In this document: one piece after another, positions 38,133 through 47,522 of the stretch
Position numbering within the stretch: position 1 is the first letter of the stretch
Layout of the letters: every line of letters begins with the position of its first letter
From: Flavobacteriales bacterium
GTDB lineage: Bacteria; Bacteroidota; Bacteroidia; Palsa-965
Reading direction: 5' to 3'
DNA: 64,000 nt
Assembly (NCBI GenBank): GCA_040377305.1
Contig: JBEIPA010000010.1
Span: forward strand, 1-64,000
Notes under the pieces: generated by a model
What the model was told of the DNA's origin: nothing
What the model saw: only the letters and a program-made list of their open reading frames with translations
The model's database searches: none
Program-made: the position numbers and the translations under genes

Positions 38133-38996
38133 ATGAGACAACTAAAAATCACCAAATCGATCACCAACCGTGAGAGCGCGTCGTTGGACAAGTATTTACA
38201 GGAGATCGGTCGTGAGGATCTGATTACCGCTGAAGAAGAGGTAATTCTAGCTAAGAAGATTCGTGACGGGGATGAAGTGGCACTAGCTAAATTGGTTAAA
38301 GCCAACTTGCGTTTCGTAGTTTCAGTATCTAAACAATACCAGAATCAGGGACTTAGCCTCCCCGATCTTATTAATGAAGGAAATCTTGGTTTGATCAAGG
38401 CTGCAAAACGCTTTGATGAAACACGTGGATTCAAATTCATCTCTTACGCAGTATGGTGGATTCGTCAGTCAATTCTACAGGCTTTGGCTGAGCAATCACG
38501 TATCGTGCGTCTTCCATTGAACCAGGTTGGTTCTTTGAACAAAATCAACAAAGCTTATTCACGCCTCGAGCAGGAGTTTGAGCGCGAACCGACTGCTGAA
38601 GAGTTGTCGCGCGTTCTCGAACTTCCTGAAGACAAGGTTGCAGATACAATGAGAGTTTCTGGTCGTCACGTATCAATGGACGCTCCACTTCTCAATGGTG
38701 AAGACAACTCACTTCTCGACGTAATCGTTAACCATGATTCTCCGCGTGCCGATCGCATGCTGATGAACGAATCGCTTCAGCGCGAAATTGAGCGTAGCTT
38801 GTCTACACTCACAGAACGCGAGCGCGACGTTATCAAACTGTTCTTCGGAATCGGATGTCAGCATGGCTTAACACTCGAAGAAATTGGAGCGAAGTTCGAC
38901 CTTACACGTGAGCGTGTTCGTCAGATCAAGGAAAAAGCAATCCGTCGTCTGCGCCACAGCTCAAGAAGCAAACTTCTTAAGACGTATCTCGGCTAG
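38133..38996 (+). CDS. rpoD: Primary sigma-70 factor, short Bacteroidota type
   Basis: [11 protein letters not shown] start, [22 protein letters not shown] and [12 protein letters not shown]; lacks region 1.1. Confidence 0.96.
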   Translation: MRQLKITKSITNRESASLDKYLQEIGREDLITAEEEVILAKKIRDGDEVALAKLVKANLRFVVSVSKQYQNQGLSLPDLINEGNLGLIKAAKRFDETRGFKFISYAVWWIRQSILQALAEQSRIVRLPLNQVGSLNKINKAYSRLEQEFEREPTAEELSRVLELPEDKVADTMRVSGRHVSMDAPLLNGEDNSLLDVIVNHDSPRADRMLMNESLQREIERSLSTLTERERDVIKLFFGIGCQHGLTLEEIGAKFDLTRERVRQIKEKAIRRLRHSSRSKLLKTYLG

Positions 38997-39019
38997 AAAA
39001 TGGACTGAGTAAATGATCT

Positions 39020-39114
39020 GAGCCGCAAGGAAATTGGTTAGCGAAAGCGCCAGGATCTTTGCGGCTCTCTCTTTTCTTTTTGTGTCGCGGGATTAATCCC
39101 GCGACACAAAAAGA
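39020..39114. terminator. Tandem stem-loops after rpoD, including a 40-bp perfect palindrome
   Basis: GAGCCGCAAGG...CTTTGCGGCTC (39020-39067) with a pyrimidine tract, then palindrome 39075-39114. Confidence 0.7.
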
Positions 39115-39221
39115 GTTTGATAATTGACTAATAACATTCGACGAGTTTTTCACTGGAGAAATTCAGTATTGCGAAATTTGCATTCACACACAGATCATAA
39201 ATCTCAAATACTCATTCATAA

Positions 39222-40697
39222 ATGACTACGATGGCGCCGGCACAAGGCAAAGCAAATGCATACGAGCATGAATTGAACGACTGGATCAACAATGAGAAAG
39301 CTGCATTGGCTTTGATCAGTTGTATCGGAACACTTTGGTTCGAAAAGTCAGTAGAGCTGGTTATTTTCCGTAACCAATTGATCGACCGCAGTCCTTCTGA
39401 GGTGATGAACCTTCACCAGTACGCAAAAGATGTAGTGAAGAAACCGCTGAACGTAAAAGACACGGCACTTCTCGCAGCAGAATTGGTGAAGTTGGATCTT
39501 GCCCCATCGCGTATCGATATCGGTCGTTTGGGTGCTGAGTGGACAGAAGAACACGCGAAGTTCAAGTCTATGACCGATTTCGTAACTGTGAAACTGAAAG
39601 ATTTCATCGGCGAAGAAAAACACCACATTACTCCAAAGGATGTTGTGTTGTTTGGTTTCGGACGTATCGGTCGTTTGGCTGCACGCGAACTTATCGCACA
39701 GGCAGGTAAAGGGGATCAGCTTCGTCTGCGTGCAATCGTAACGCGTGGCAACAGCGACGAAGAAATTGTGAAACGTGCAGATCTTCTGCGCATGGATTCT
39801 GTTCACGGACCTTTCCCTGGAACTGTAATCGAAGACTTCGCAAACAAAGCGCTTATCGTGAATGGACACACAGTTCACATGATCAACGCAAACAATCCGG
39901 AAGATGTAGATTACACGGCTTTCGGAATTGATAACGCATTACTCATTGACAATACCGGTGTGTTCCGCGATCGCGAGGCACTGAGTCGTCACCTCAAAGC
40001 AAAAGGAATTTCGAAAGTGCTTCTTACAGCTCCTGCAAAAGGTGATGTTCCGAACGTTGTTTACGGTGTCAATCATGAAAACGTAGCACCAGGTGCAGAC
40101 AACATTTTCTCTGCAGCTTCGTGTACTACAAACGCAATCATGCCGATTCTTTATGTGATCGACAAAGAGCTTGGAATCCAGAAAGGTCACATCGAAACGG
40201 TACACTCGTACACGAACGACCAGAACCTGCTCGATAACTATCACAAGAAATATCGTCGCGGCCGTTCTGCTGCAATGAACATGGTCATTACGGAGACTGG
40301 TGCTGAAAGTGCTTTGAAGAAAGTCCTTCCGCAGTTGTCGGGTAAGTTCACTGCAAATTCTGTACGTGTTCCAACACCAAACGTTTCATTGGCGATTCTG
40401 AACATCACGATCAACAAAGAAACGTCGAAGGAAGACGTAAACGAGATCATCCGCAAATACGCATTGAAAGGAAATCTAGTTGAGCAAATTCAATATTCAC
40501 TTTCGAATGAGCTTGTGAGTACTGACGTAATCGGTAATCCTTGTTCATCGGTATTCGATAGTCCGGCTACGATTGTTTCTCCTGATAAGAAGAGCATCGT
40601 GCTTTACGTATGGTACGATAACGAATATGGCTATACACGCCAGGTGATGCGTTATTCGAAGTATCTCGCGGAGGTAATTCGTTTACGCTACTACTAG
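39222..40697 (+). CDS. gap: Glyceraldehyde-3-phosphate dehydrogenase, N-terminally extended form
   Basis: GFGRIGR, AASCTTN catalytic Cys, RVPTPNVS and WYDNEYGY; about 135-aa N-terminal extension. Confidence 0.95.
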   Translation: MTTMAPAQGKANAYEHELNDWINNEKAALALISCIGTLWFEKSVELVIFRNQLIDRSPSEVMNLHQYAKDVVKKPLNVKDTALLAAELVKLDLAPSRIDIGRLGAEWTEEHAKFKSMTDFVTVKLKDFIGEEKHHITPKDVVLFGFGRIGRLAARELIAQAGKGDQLRLRAIVTRGNSDEEIVKRADLLRMDSVHGPFPGTVIEDFANKALIVNGHTVHMINANNPEDVDYTAFGIDNALLIDNTGVFRDREALSRHLKAKGISKVLLTAPAKGDVPNVVYGVNHENVAPGADNIFSAASCTTNAIMPILYVIDKELGIQKGHIETVHSYTNDQNLLDNYHKKYRRGRSAAMNMVITETGAESALKKVLPQLSGKFTANSVRVPTPNVSLAILNITINKETSKEDVNEIIRKYALKGNLVEQIQYSLSNELVSTDVIGNPCSSVFDSPATIVSPDKKSIVLYVWYDNEYGYTRQVMRYSKYLAEVIRLRYY

Positions 40698-40728
40698 TAT
40701 ATAAACAACCGACACAACTAAGAATATC

Positions 40729-40759
40729 AGGATCGGTCTCATTGGGATCGATCCTTTTT
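40729..40759 (+). terminator. Intrinsic terminator
   Basis: AGGATCGGTCTC-ATT-GGGATCGATCCT followed by Ts. Confidence 0.8.
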
Positions 40760-40850
40760 ATTTGATGCAAACAATTGAGGCGCAGGACATGCAGAGAACT
40801 GCGTTTGTGTTTTTCATTGGTATCTTTGCTCCCTTTTTTACTCAAACTTT

Positions 40851-42890
40851 ATGAAACAAATTTTCGCGCTTCTCTTTGCTTCCTGCCTTTCAGTTCTTGT
40901 TGCGGCACAGAACTACACGATGAGCACTAGTTCCGTGAGCACCTGCTCCGGTGCCTTTTTCGATTCGGGCGGATCTTCTTCAAATTACTACAACAGCGAG
41001 AACGACACAATGACTTTTACCTCATCGAATGGTAACCGTCTTGTTTTCACGTTTGTTTCATTCGATGTGGAAATCTATGATCAGTTAAAGATCTACAATG
41101 GCCCCAGCACTTCATATCAGCTGATTGGTAGTTACTTTTCAAATCCGGGCACGATTACATCAACCGGATCTTCGCTGACTTTCGTATTCACTTCCGACAA
41201 CAGCCAAACGTATTCAGGTTGGGCCGCGTCTATTAATTGTGGCGGTCCGGCAATTCCCTTACATCCACTCACCAGCGGCACAGTTACGTTGTGCGAAGGA
41301 TTATTCTTCGATAGTGGCGGAATGTTCGGGAATTATGGGAACAACGAAGACAGAACAATGACATTCACATCAGCGAGCGGTGAATACCTGAAGTTTGATT
41401 TCAATCCGGCTTACTACAATATCGATGTCAATGATTCTCTGTTCATTTACGACGGCGCTTCCACTTCTGCTCCGTTGTATGCAATTTTCACCGGCTCCAG
41501 CAATTGGCCAGGTACCGTTTCATCGAACACGAACAGCATGACGTTCCGCTTCAAAAGCGATGGAGTAAATAATCACACCGGTTGGCAGGCGTGGATCACG
41601 TGTGTGAATGTTCCTGATAACAACGCATCGATCCCTATGACAAACGGGGTTCGATATGTTTGTAGTGGCGGCTTTTTCGATCCGGGCGGTCCTTACAGCA
41701 ACTACGCCAGCAATGAAGATCGTGTGCAGACTTTCTATTCGAACAGCGGCTGCGGACTCGGATTTACATTCACCCAGTTCCATACCGAAGGGCTGTACGA
41801 TATGTTGTATGTCTACGACGGACCAACGACAGCTTCCCCACTCATCAATGCAGTTTCCGGAGGCGGAGTCCCACCACCAGCTGTAGCGACGGGTAACGCG
41901 CTTACGTTCCGCTTTGTATCCGACGCTACTCAAACCTACCCGGGCTGGGGCGGGTACTTTTTCTGTCCGAACCAACCGACCGTAACAGTAACCGCTAACG
42001 GCCCCACTTCGCTATGCGGTGGGGATACCGTTATCCTGAATGCGTCACCGAATACAAACTATCTCTGGAACACCGGAGAAACAGCACAGAACATGGACGT
42101 TACCACAAGCGGTTCGTATTGGGTAACAGTAACGAATACGTCGAACTGTTCGGCGATATCGCCAATGACAATCGTCAATGTAAGCGCTCCGGCAGCAGTC
42201 GTAACTGCGGGTGGTCCGACAACCTTTTGTCAAGGCGACAGTGTTGCGCTCATTGCAAGCGGTGGGGCCACCTATAGCTGGAGCAACAACAGCACCAACG
42301 ATACACTTAATGTTTCCCAGTCGGGCACGTACTACGTGATTGCGGAGCTCGGCGCGTGTGTGGACACCTCTGCAACCATTACTGTCAATGCAAATCCATT
42401 GCCCGTTGTAGCGCTCTCCTTGCCCATGGATACATTCTGTACTTCCATTCAATTGTTCACACTCAACGGTGGTTCACCGGCAGGAGGTGTGTATTCAGGT
42501 CCTGGCGTTAGCGGTGGACAACTTGATCCGACCGCGGCAGGTACAGGCACACACACGATGACCTACACCTACACCGACGCCAATAGTTGTCTGAATACGG
42601 CAACCCAAAGCTTCGTAGTGGATTTCTGCAACGGCATCGGAACTCCTTCTGGAAACGGCGCACTCAGCGTGTCTCCAAACCCGACCAGTGATCAGCTGTT
42701 GATCACTTTCACCAATGAAAAGGCCGTGAATCAGATTCGGCTTATAGACGTGACCGGGCGTATAGTACTCGAACAATCGACCAACGGACAGGCTCAGGTG
42801 ACGATCTCAATGAAAGCCCTGCCTGCTGGAATGTACTTTCTGCAAACGAGTGGAGGAACAAACGAAACAGTTCGCGTGGTAAAAGAATAA
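40851..42890 (+). CDS. T9SS cargo with three CUB domains, Ig-like repeats and type A CTD
   Basis: Three C.G.FFD.GG...D.L.(I/V)Y.G...F.SD...GW units; SPNPTS...LPAGMY...RVVKE tail; TATCTTTG promoter motif at 40821-40828. Confidence 0.9.
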   Translation: MKQIFALLFASCLSVLVAAQNYTMSTSSVSTCSGAFFDSGGSSSNYYNSENDTMTFTSSNGNRLVFTFVSFDVEIYDQLKIYNGPSTSYQLIGSYFSNPGTITSTGSSLTFVFTSDNSQTYSGWAASINCGGPAIPLHPLTSGTVTLCEGLFFDSGGMFGNYGNNEDRTMTFTSASGEYLKFDFNPAYYNIDVNDSLFIYDGASTSAPLYAIFTGSSNWPGTVSSNTNSMTFRFKSDGVNNHTGWQAWITCVNVPDNNASIPMTNGVRYVCSGGFFDPGGPYSNYASNEDRVQTFYSNSGCGLGFTFTQFHTEGLYDMLYVYDGPTTASPLINAVSGGGVPPPAVATGNALTFRFVSDATQTYPGWGGYFFCPNQPTVTVTANGPTSLCGGDTVILNASPNTNYLWNTGETAQNMDVTTSGSYWVTVTNTSNCSAISPMTIVNVSAPAAVVTAGGPTTFCQGDSVALIASGGATYSWSNNSTNDTLNVSQSGTYYVIAELGACVDTSATITVNANPLPVVALSLPMDTFCTSIQLFTLNGGSPAGGVYSGPGVSGGQLDPTAAGTGTHTMTYTYTDANSCLNTATQSFVVDFCNGIGTPSGNGALSVSPNPTSDQLLITFTNEKAVNQIRLIDVTGRIVLEQSTNGQAQVTISMKALPAGMYFLQTSGGTNETVRVVKE

Positions 42891-43186
42891 GCGGCCCCCT
42901 GAAGTACACGACTTCTACTTGACTCGTTACTGCGTTGTAAGTGGAGTACGTGCAGATGCCGTTATGGTCGTGTGACCGTTGTAAAGTATAACGAGTTTCT
43001 ATTGCAGTATAGAAAGTAGTTAATGACTAACATATCATCTGCTGTGTTTCAGCTTATTATGAACAACCTGCCACTCTGTCGTGCATAACTCAACGGCATG
43101 TGAATTGCAGCCTTCGTTTATACAGAATGTTTTCTCTTAATTTTGAAAACAGAAAGAAACCAACACTTATATAAAATCAAATTATT

Positions 43187-43504
43187 ATGGCAATTCAAAT
43201 CACAGACGCCAACTTCGAAGAAGTAGTATTGAAATCAACTAAGCCGGTCCTTGTAGACTTCTGGGCAGAATGGTGCGGACCTTGCAGAATGGTTGGTCCT
43301 ATCGTTGAAGAAATTTCAAACGACTTTGGTGACAAAGCTGTTGTAGGAAAAGTTGACGTTGACAACAATCCTGAAATCTCTATGCGTTTCGGAATCCGCA
43401 ACATCCCGACCATTCTCTTCTTCAAAGGAGGTCAGGTTGTAGACAAGCAAGTTGGAGCGGGTCCAAAGCAGGCGCTTGTGGATAAGCTGAATGCGCACAT
43501 GTAA
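43187..43504 (+). CDS. trxA: Thioredoxin
   Basis: DFWAEWCGPC and IPT; TAATTTTG promoter motif at 43138-43145. Confidence 0.97.
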   Translation: MAIQITDANFEEVVLKSTKPVLVDFWAEWCGPCRMVGPIVEEISNDFGDKAVVGKVDVDNNPEISMRFGIRNIPTILFFKGGQVVDKQVGAGPKQALVDKLNAHM

Positions 43505-43505
43505 C

Positions 43506-43577
43506 ATTTGAGATTTGATATTTATGATTTGAGATGTAAAATCACAAATATTAAATATTAAATATTCAATCATAAAT
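43506..43577. repeat. Inverted AT-rich heptamer array
   Basis: ATTTGAG ATTTGAT ATTTATG ATTTGAG, then CACAAAT ATTAAAT ATTAAAT ATTCAAT CATAAAT. Confidence 0.75.
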
Positions 43578-43580
43578 GAT

Positions 43581-43606
43581 AAGGGGTCCTGAGGGGCTCC
43601 TTTTTT
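43581..43606 (+). terminator. Intrinsic terminator of trxA
   Basis: AAGGGGTCC-TGAG-GGGCTCCTT plus a T tract. Confidence 0.75.
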
Positions 43607-43733
43607 GTTGGGTCAAAGCCTACACTTGAACGAATAAAGGCTCCGTTCTCCAATTGAAGGTATTTACTTGATCTACAGGTGGACGAAATACGGCTTGAAT
43701 GAATAAATCCGTCGCAGAAATTTCAACCAAAAA

Positions 43734-44405
43734 TTAATGATCGCCAGCAGTAACAGCAACGTTTGGAATCGTTCCCATCGCATACTCATCGAACTTTAGC
43801 GTGAGATCATTTGGTTTGGAGAACTTGATCCAGCCATAGTAATAGTCAGTACCAACTTTACGTGAAATGCCTATGTAATTATCTCCGATCACATCCTGAG
43901 ATGGCGGACTGCCTGGAGCCGCAAATTCAATATCGAAGTAACAGAAGTCATGTGTTGCCCACACGCCCCAGTTCGGTCCGTTGAGTGCATTCACCGTTTG
44001 TGATCCAAAAACTTCTCCAGAGTCAACCAATAACGCGAGATACCACATGGTGTCGCCGGTTTGCAAAAACGAGTAACTCGAATCTAAAATTTGAATTGCC
44101 GTGTGCCGCGCATCGCGATAAGAAGGTGCATACCAAACATGGTAATGAGTCGTTAGGAACAGAAAATCATCATGTCCATCCTGATCGATGTCTAGCGTAT
44201 AAGTTGCAGAAGAATCATAAGGAACTCGTTGACTTGTCCAAACTCTGCTCGAAGAAACAAGCTGATCAGGAATAATATCGTTGTACGTATAAGCCTGTTG
44301 AACAACTAGCGTCGGTGGATACTGAAGAATATCCCGTCTGCAGGAATTGAGGGCTAAAGTTCCAGCAATTGCAATGAACAAGATGAAATAGTTTACTTTC
44401 CTCAT
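43734..44405 (-). CDS. Lipoprotein with DxDxDG and YGWI motifs
   Basis: Lipobox LNSC; YNDIIPD, DIDQDGHDDF and YYGWIKF. Confidence 0.78.
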   Translation of the reverse strand: MRKVNYFILFIAIAGTLALNSCRRDILQYPPTLVVQQAYTYNDIIPDQLVSSSRVWTSQRVPYDSSATYTLDIDQDGHDDFLFLTTHYHVWYAPSYRDARHTAIQILDSSYSFLQTGDTMWYLALLVDSGEVFGSQTVNALNGPNWGVWATHDFCYFDIEFAAPGSPPSQDVIGDNYIGISRKVGTDYYYGWIKFSKPNDLTLKFDEYAMGTIPNVAVTAGDH

Positions 44406-44466
44406 GGTTATACTAAGCTATGGAAAACCAGATACAATTGACGTTGATTTCGGAAAGACCACTCAC

Positions 44467-45054
44467 TTAACGTACGGCTGTCGTTATCGGTGAATCTGAA
44501 CTGTATGTAAAATCCCGAATACAAACAGTATGGTAATCGTGATAAATCCTGATCCAACCATAATCATAAGTTCCATGGTCGTTTTCTATCCGATATACGA
44601 AGTACTTCTCGCCGGAATAGTTACTTGCATCAGAGTAAGGATGACCTGAAGAAACAAAACTCAAATCTGTTCGTTGCCAATATGTATCTGCACCATAAAT
44701 TTTGTCCCCGGCATTATGTGAACGTGCAGAATTATCGCCGTATTCGATTTCTAAACGAGAGTTTAAGCGTATCAGAGTTCCGGTATATACAATGGGCTGA
44801 GTCAATGGAGAAATAAAATACCTAAACTGCTTGAACTCTACCCTCAAGTCATTAATTCCGTTACCGTCCAGATCAACATCTCTTTGAACAGTCGAGTCAG
44901 TTCTTGCTGGCAATGGCATAGTAGCCGGTGTTGAACACATACAGGAATCAGGGTTGAGGTCCGTGTATTTTGTAACGATGGGAGCTGAATCGTTTTCGCA
45001 GGAAACAAATATTAACAATCCGAATGCTAGGACAGAGCTTACTGTGATTCTCAT
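44467..45054 (-). CDS. Paralogous lipoprotein with DxDxNG and YGWI motifs
   Basis: Lipobox FVSC; YTDLNPD, DLDGNGINDL and DYGWIRI. Start moved to MRITVS. Confidence 0.78.
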   Translation of the reverse strand: MRITVSSVLAFGLLIFVSCENDSAPIVTKYTDLNPDSCMCSTPATMPLPARTDSTVQRDVDLDGNGINDLRVEFKQFRYFISPLTQPIVYTGTLIRLNSRLEIEYGDNSARSHNAGDKIYGADTYWQRTDLSFVSSGHPYSDASNYSGEKYFVYRIENDHGTYDYGWIRIYHDYHTVCIRDFTYSSDSPITTAVR

Positions 45055-45083
45055 AATATTAAAGATACGTACCTTTAATTTCA

Positions 45084-46010
45084 ATGTCAATAGAACCACA
45101 CAACTTCCAGCAATTCACCCACCTTGAGCTTCTCGCGCGACAAGTGGTGGAAGGATTTATTACGGGTCTGCACAAAAGTCCGTTTCATGGATTTTCGGTG
45201 GAGTTTTCGGAGCATCGCATTTACAATACCGGTGAGCCAACGAAGCATATCGACTGGAAACTGTACGGTCGCAGCGACAAAATGTTTGTGAAGCGTTTCG
45301 AGGAAGAAACGAATTTGCGCTGTCACCTGATTATTGACCATTCGTCTTCGATGTACTTTCCCGAAGATGCACCATCGAAAGAACTCGACAACAAGATTAC
45401 TTTCTCGGTGAAGTGCGCTGCGTCAATGATAGAATTACTGCGCATGCAACGCGATGCAGTTGGACTGACGGTTTTCGCTGAAGAAATTGAAGTTCACACG
45501 CCGGCGAAGTCGACAACATTGCACACCAAGTTGTTGTTTCATGAACTGAATAAGCTCCTCACTCCTATTCCGGAAGAAAACAAGAAGAAAACATTCGCGA
45601 TTGATGCGATGCACCGAATTGCAGAAAGCATTCATCGTCGTTCTTTGGTGATGATATTCAGCGATATGTTTGACTCGAATCAGGACACCGATAAATTGTT
45701 TTCTGCGCTCCAGCATTTGAAGCACAACAAGCACGAGGTGATTCTGTTTCATGTTACCGACAAGAAACACGAAATGGAATTCGAATACGAAAACCGTCCG
45801 TACACTTTTGTCGATATGGAATCGGGTGAAGAAGTGAAAGCGCATCCTGCAGAAGTGAAAGATGCTTATCTCTCCGCGATGCAGAAATTCCACCACGAGC
45901 TAAAACTGAAGTGCGGGCAATACCGCATTGATTTTGTAGAAGCCGATATCAATGAAGGCTATGCCCAGGTGCTGATGCCGTATTTGCTGAAGCGGACCAG
46001 AATGGTCTAG
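45084..46010 (+). CDS. DUF58 family protein (vWA-like)
   Basis: GLHKSPFHGFSVEFSEHR, IDWK, EEETN and DHSSSM MIDAS-like motif. Confidence 0.93.
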   Translation: MSIEPHNFQQFTHLELLARQVVEGFITGLHKSPFHGFSVEFSEHRIYNTGEPTKHIDWKLYGRSDKMFVKRFEEETNLRCHLIIDHSSSMYFPEDAPSKELDNKITFSVKCAASMIELLRMQRDAVGLTVFAEEIEVHTPAKSTTLHTKLLFHELNKLLTPIPEENKKKTFAIDAMHRIAESIHRRSLVMIFSDMFDSNQDTDKLFSALQHLKHNKHEVILFHVTDKKHEMEFEYENRPYTFVDMESGEEVKAHPAEVKDAYLSAMQKFHHELKLKCGQYRIDFVEADINEGYAQVLMPYLLKRTRMV

Positions 46011-46026
46011 CAATCATTTCTTTTTC

Positions 46027-46091
46027 ACCACTAAGTTCACTAAGACACAAAGGCTTTGCCTCTTCTTTGTGAACTCCGTGTACTTCGTGGT
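46027..46091. repeat. Inverted nonamer-periodic repeat
   Basis: ACCACTAAGTTCACTAAGACACAAAG / CTTTGTGAACTCCGTGTACTTCGTGGT; same architecture as 36100-36337. Confidence 0.65.
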
Positions 46092-46334
46092 CAATATTAT
46101 TCTGTATCCTTTGGACTGCCCGCGGTTATATCTGCAAACCTCCCGGATGAAACAACCTTACGCAACCAAATTGTATCCTCATCATGTTGCGATTCAAAAG
46201 TTGTTTTCTAGTTCCCCATTTTAAAATACGATCAGGATAGCAATCGCGCTTGTTTGGTTTGCACTAATTGCACAACGAACAATTCGGGTTGACCGCACGA
46301 ATTGATAACGGTGTGTGAAATGTGTTTGCCGACT

Positions 46335-46507
46335 ATCGCTTCAACAAACCAGCGAAGGCACGCTTAGATGGCGAAGACTTGCCCAAGCTGGTTATTGGGG
46401 CGACATTCATCCTGACGTAAGGTTTGGATGAATGAGGAAGGATGGCTGTGTGGGAGCCGGAGACTACTACTTGTTTGCTCCCACTCGCCTCTTTCCGTTG
46501 AAGTGAT
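46335..46507 (+). ncRNA. Candidate structured non-coding RNA (multi-way junction), family unknown
   Basis: 11-bp closing stem 46335-46345/46497-46507 enclosing four hairpins. G-U pairs and a C-GTAA-G loop favour the + strand. Confidence 0.55.
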
Positions 46508-46522
46508 TTCTGTTGAAACGCA

Positions 46523-46550
46523 AAATGCCTGAGTAAAAACTCAGGCATTT
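46523..46550. terminator. Perfect 12-bp hairpin, possible bidirectional terminator
   Basis: AAATGCCTGAGT-AAAA-ACTCAGGCATTT between convergent transcription units. Confidence 0.7.
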
Positions 46551-46568
46551 ATGCGTTCTCACTAAACA

Positions 46569-46587
46569 CCCTTCGACAAGCTCAGGG
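46569..46587. repeat. REP-like element (CTTCGAC..GCTCAG family)
   Basis: CCCTTCGACAAGCTCAGGG, related to 2386-2409. Confidence 0.65.
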
Positions 46588-46672
46588 CATGCCTGCACCA
46601 TAGGAGCGTAATGCTCACACGCAGATTTTTAAACTTACGTATCACGATAGATCGCGTGATGAACGTAAGCAA

Positions 46673-47455
46673 CTATTGCAGCTCCGTCACTGTATTCGCG
46701 GAGACAATTATATTTTCAAATACTACTGCCCGATCTGAATCCGGATAGTACACTTTCACGGTGTATGTTCCTGCAGGCAAACCACGCAGAACGAATTCTC
46801 CCGTTGTTCTGTCGGTATATGTTGTAAAAGTTGTGGTAGAATTCAAGTCAGCAATGACCGCAACACTTCCACCGGCCACCACAGTTGTAGTGCCGTGAAT
46901 GGATCCTGCACGTTCCAGAATTACTCCACGAATCACAGGCTTCAGATGGTAATCGCCATTTCCTTGCACATTGATGGAGTGAGCGGCGTCGAAGTCAAGC
47001 ATTAATGTCAGATCACTGCCGTTGCCAATTTCTTCATCCACTTTAATCTTAAGACCGGATGTAGAACTACCCGGTACTATCAACTCATGAGAAATACCAT
47101 TCACTACAATTGTATTTCCATCACCCAGAATCAATCGTATTTCCTGAATTCTTCCCGAAGGAATTTCCTCATTCGCCAGCAGTACATCTGTACCGTTTAC
47201 CAACGTAAGCACGTCGTAAACACCCGCGCCAGTAGAAAGCGAAATCCACTTTTCGGTTCCGCCATCGGGATTAACTTTTACTTCGACTCCAGTAACATCC
47301 AGATAGATTGCATCATAATCATAAGGAGATGGCGCATCCATCATTTTCACATGAATCCTTCCGGTACCACCGTCGGTACGCGTACAGGAAGTTGTTGCAG
47401 TTGCCAATCCTATCAGCAAAACACCTACTGCACTAAATAATCTCGTCGTCTTCAT
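46673..47455 (-). CDS. DUF4382 lipoprotein with C-terminal beta-sandwich domain
   Basis: Lipobox TTSC; MDAP, EIRLILG, SGLKI, LDFDAAHSI, LKPVIR and LPAGTYTV. Confidence 0.88.
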   Translation of the reverse strand: MKTTRLFSAVGVLLIGLATATTSCTRTDGGTGRIHVKMMDAPSPYDYDAIYLDVTGVEVKVNPDGGTEKWISLSTGAGVYDVLTLVNGTDVLLANEEIPSGRIQEIRLILGDGNTIVVNGISHELIVPGSSTSGLKIKVDEEIGNGSDLTLMLDFDAAHSINVQGNGDYHLKPVIRGVILERAGSIHGTTTVVAGGSVAVIADLNSTTTFTTYTDRTTGEFVLRGLPAGTYTVKVYYPDSDRAVVFENIIVSANTVTELQ

Positions 47456-47522
47456 GGTCTGCGTAATTAAGTTTTGCTATTCGTGAAATGCTGTGCACTC
47501 ACATCGCTTTGGTTAATATTCA

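Noticed and set aside
42995-43035. OxyR-like CTAT/ATAG motifs upstream of trxA
   Set aside because: The spacing does not fit the ATAG-N7-CTAT repeat pattern; too weak to call.
46333-46548. 71-aa minus-strand ORF over the candidate ncRNA
   Set aside because: It has no recognisable protein features and starts within a hairpin; base-pairing explains the region better.
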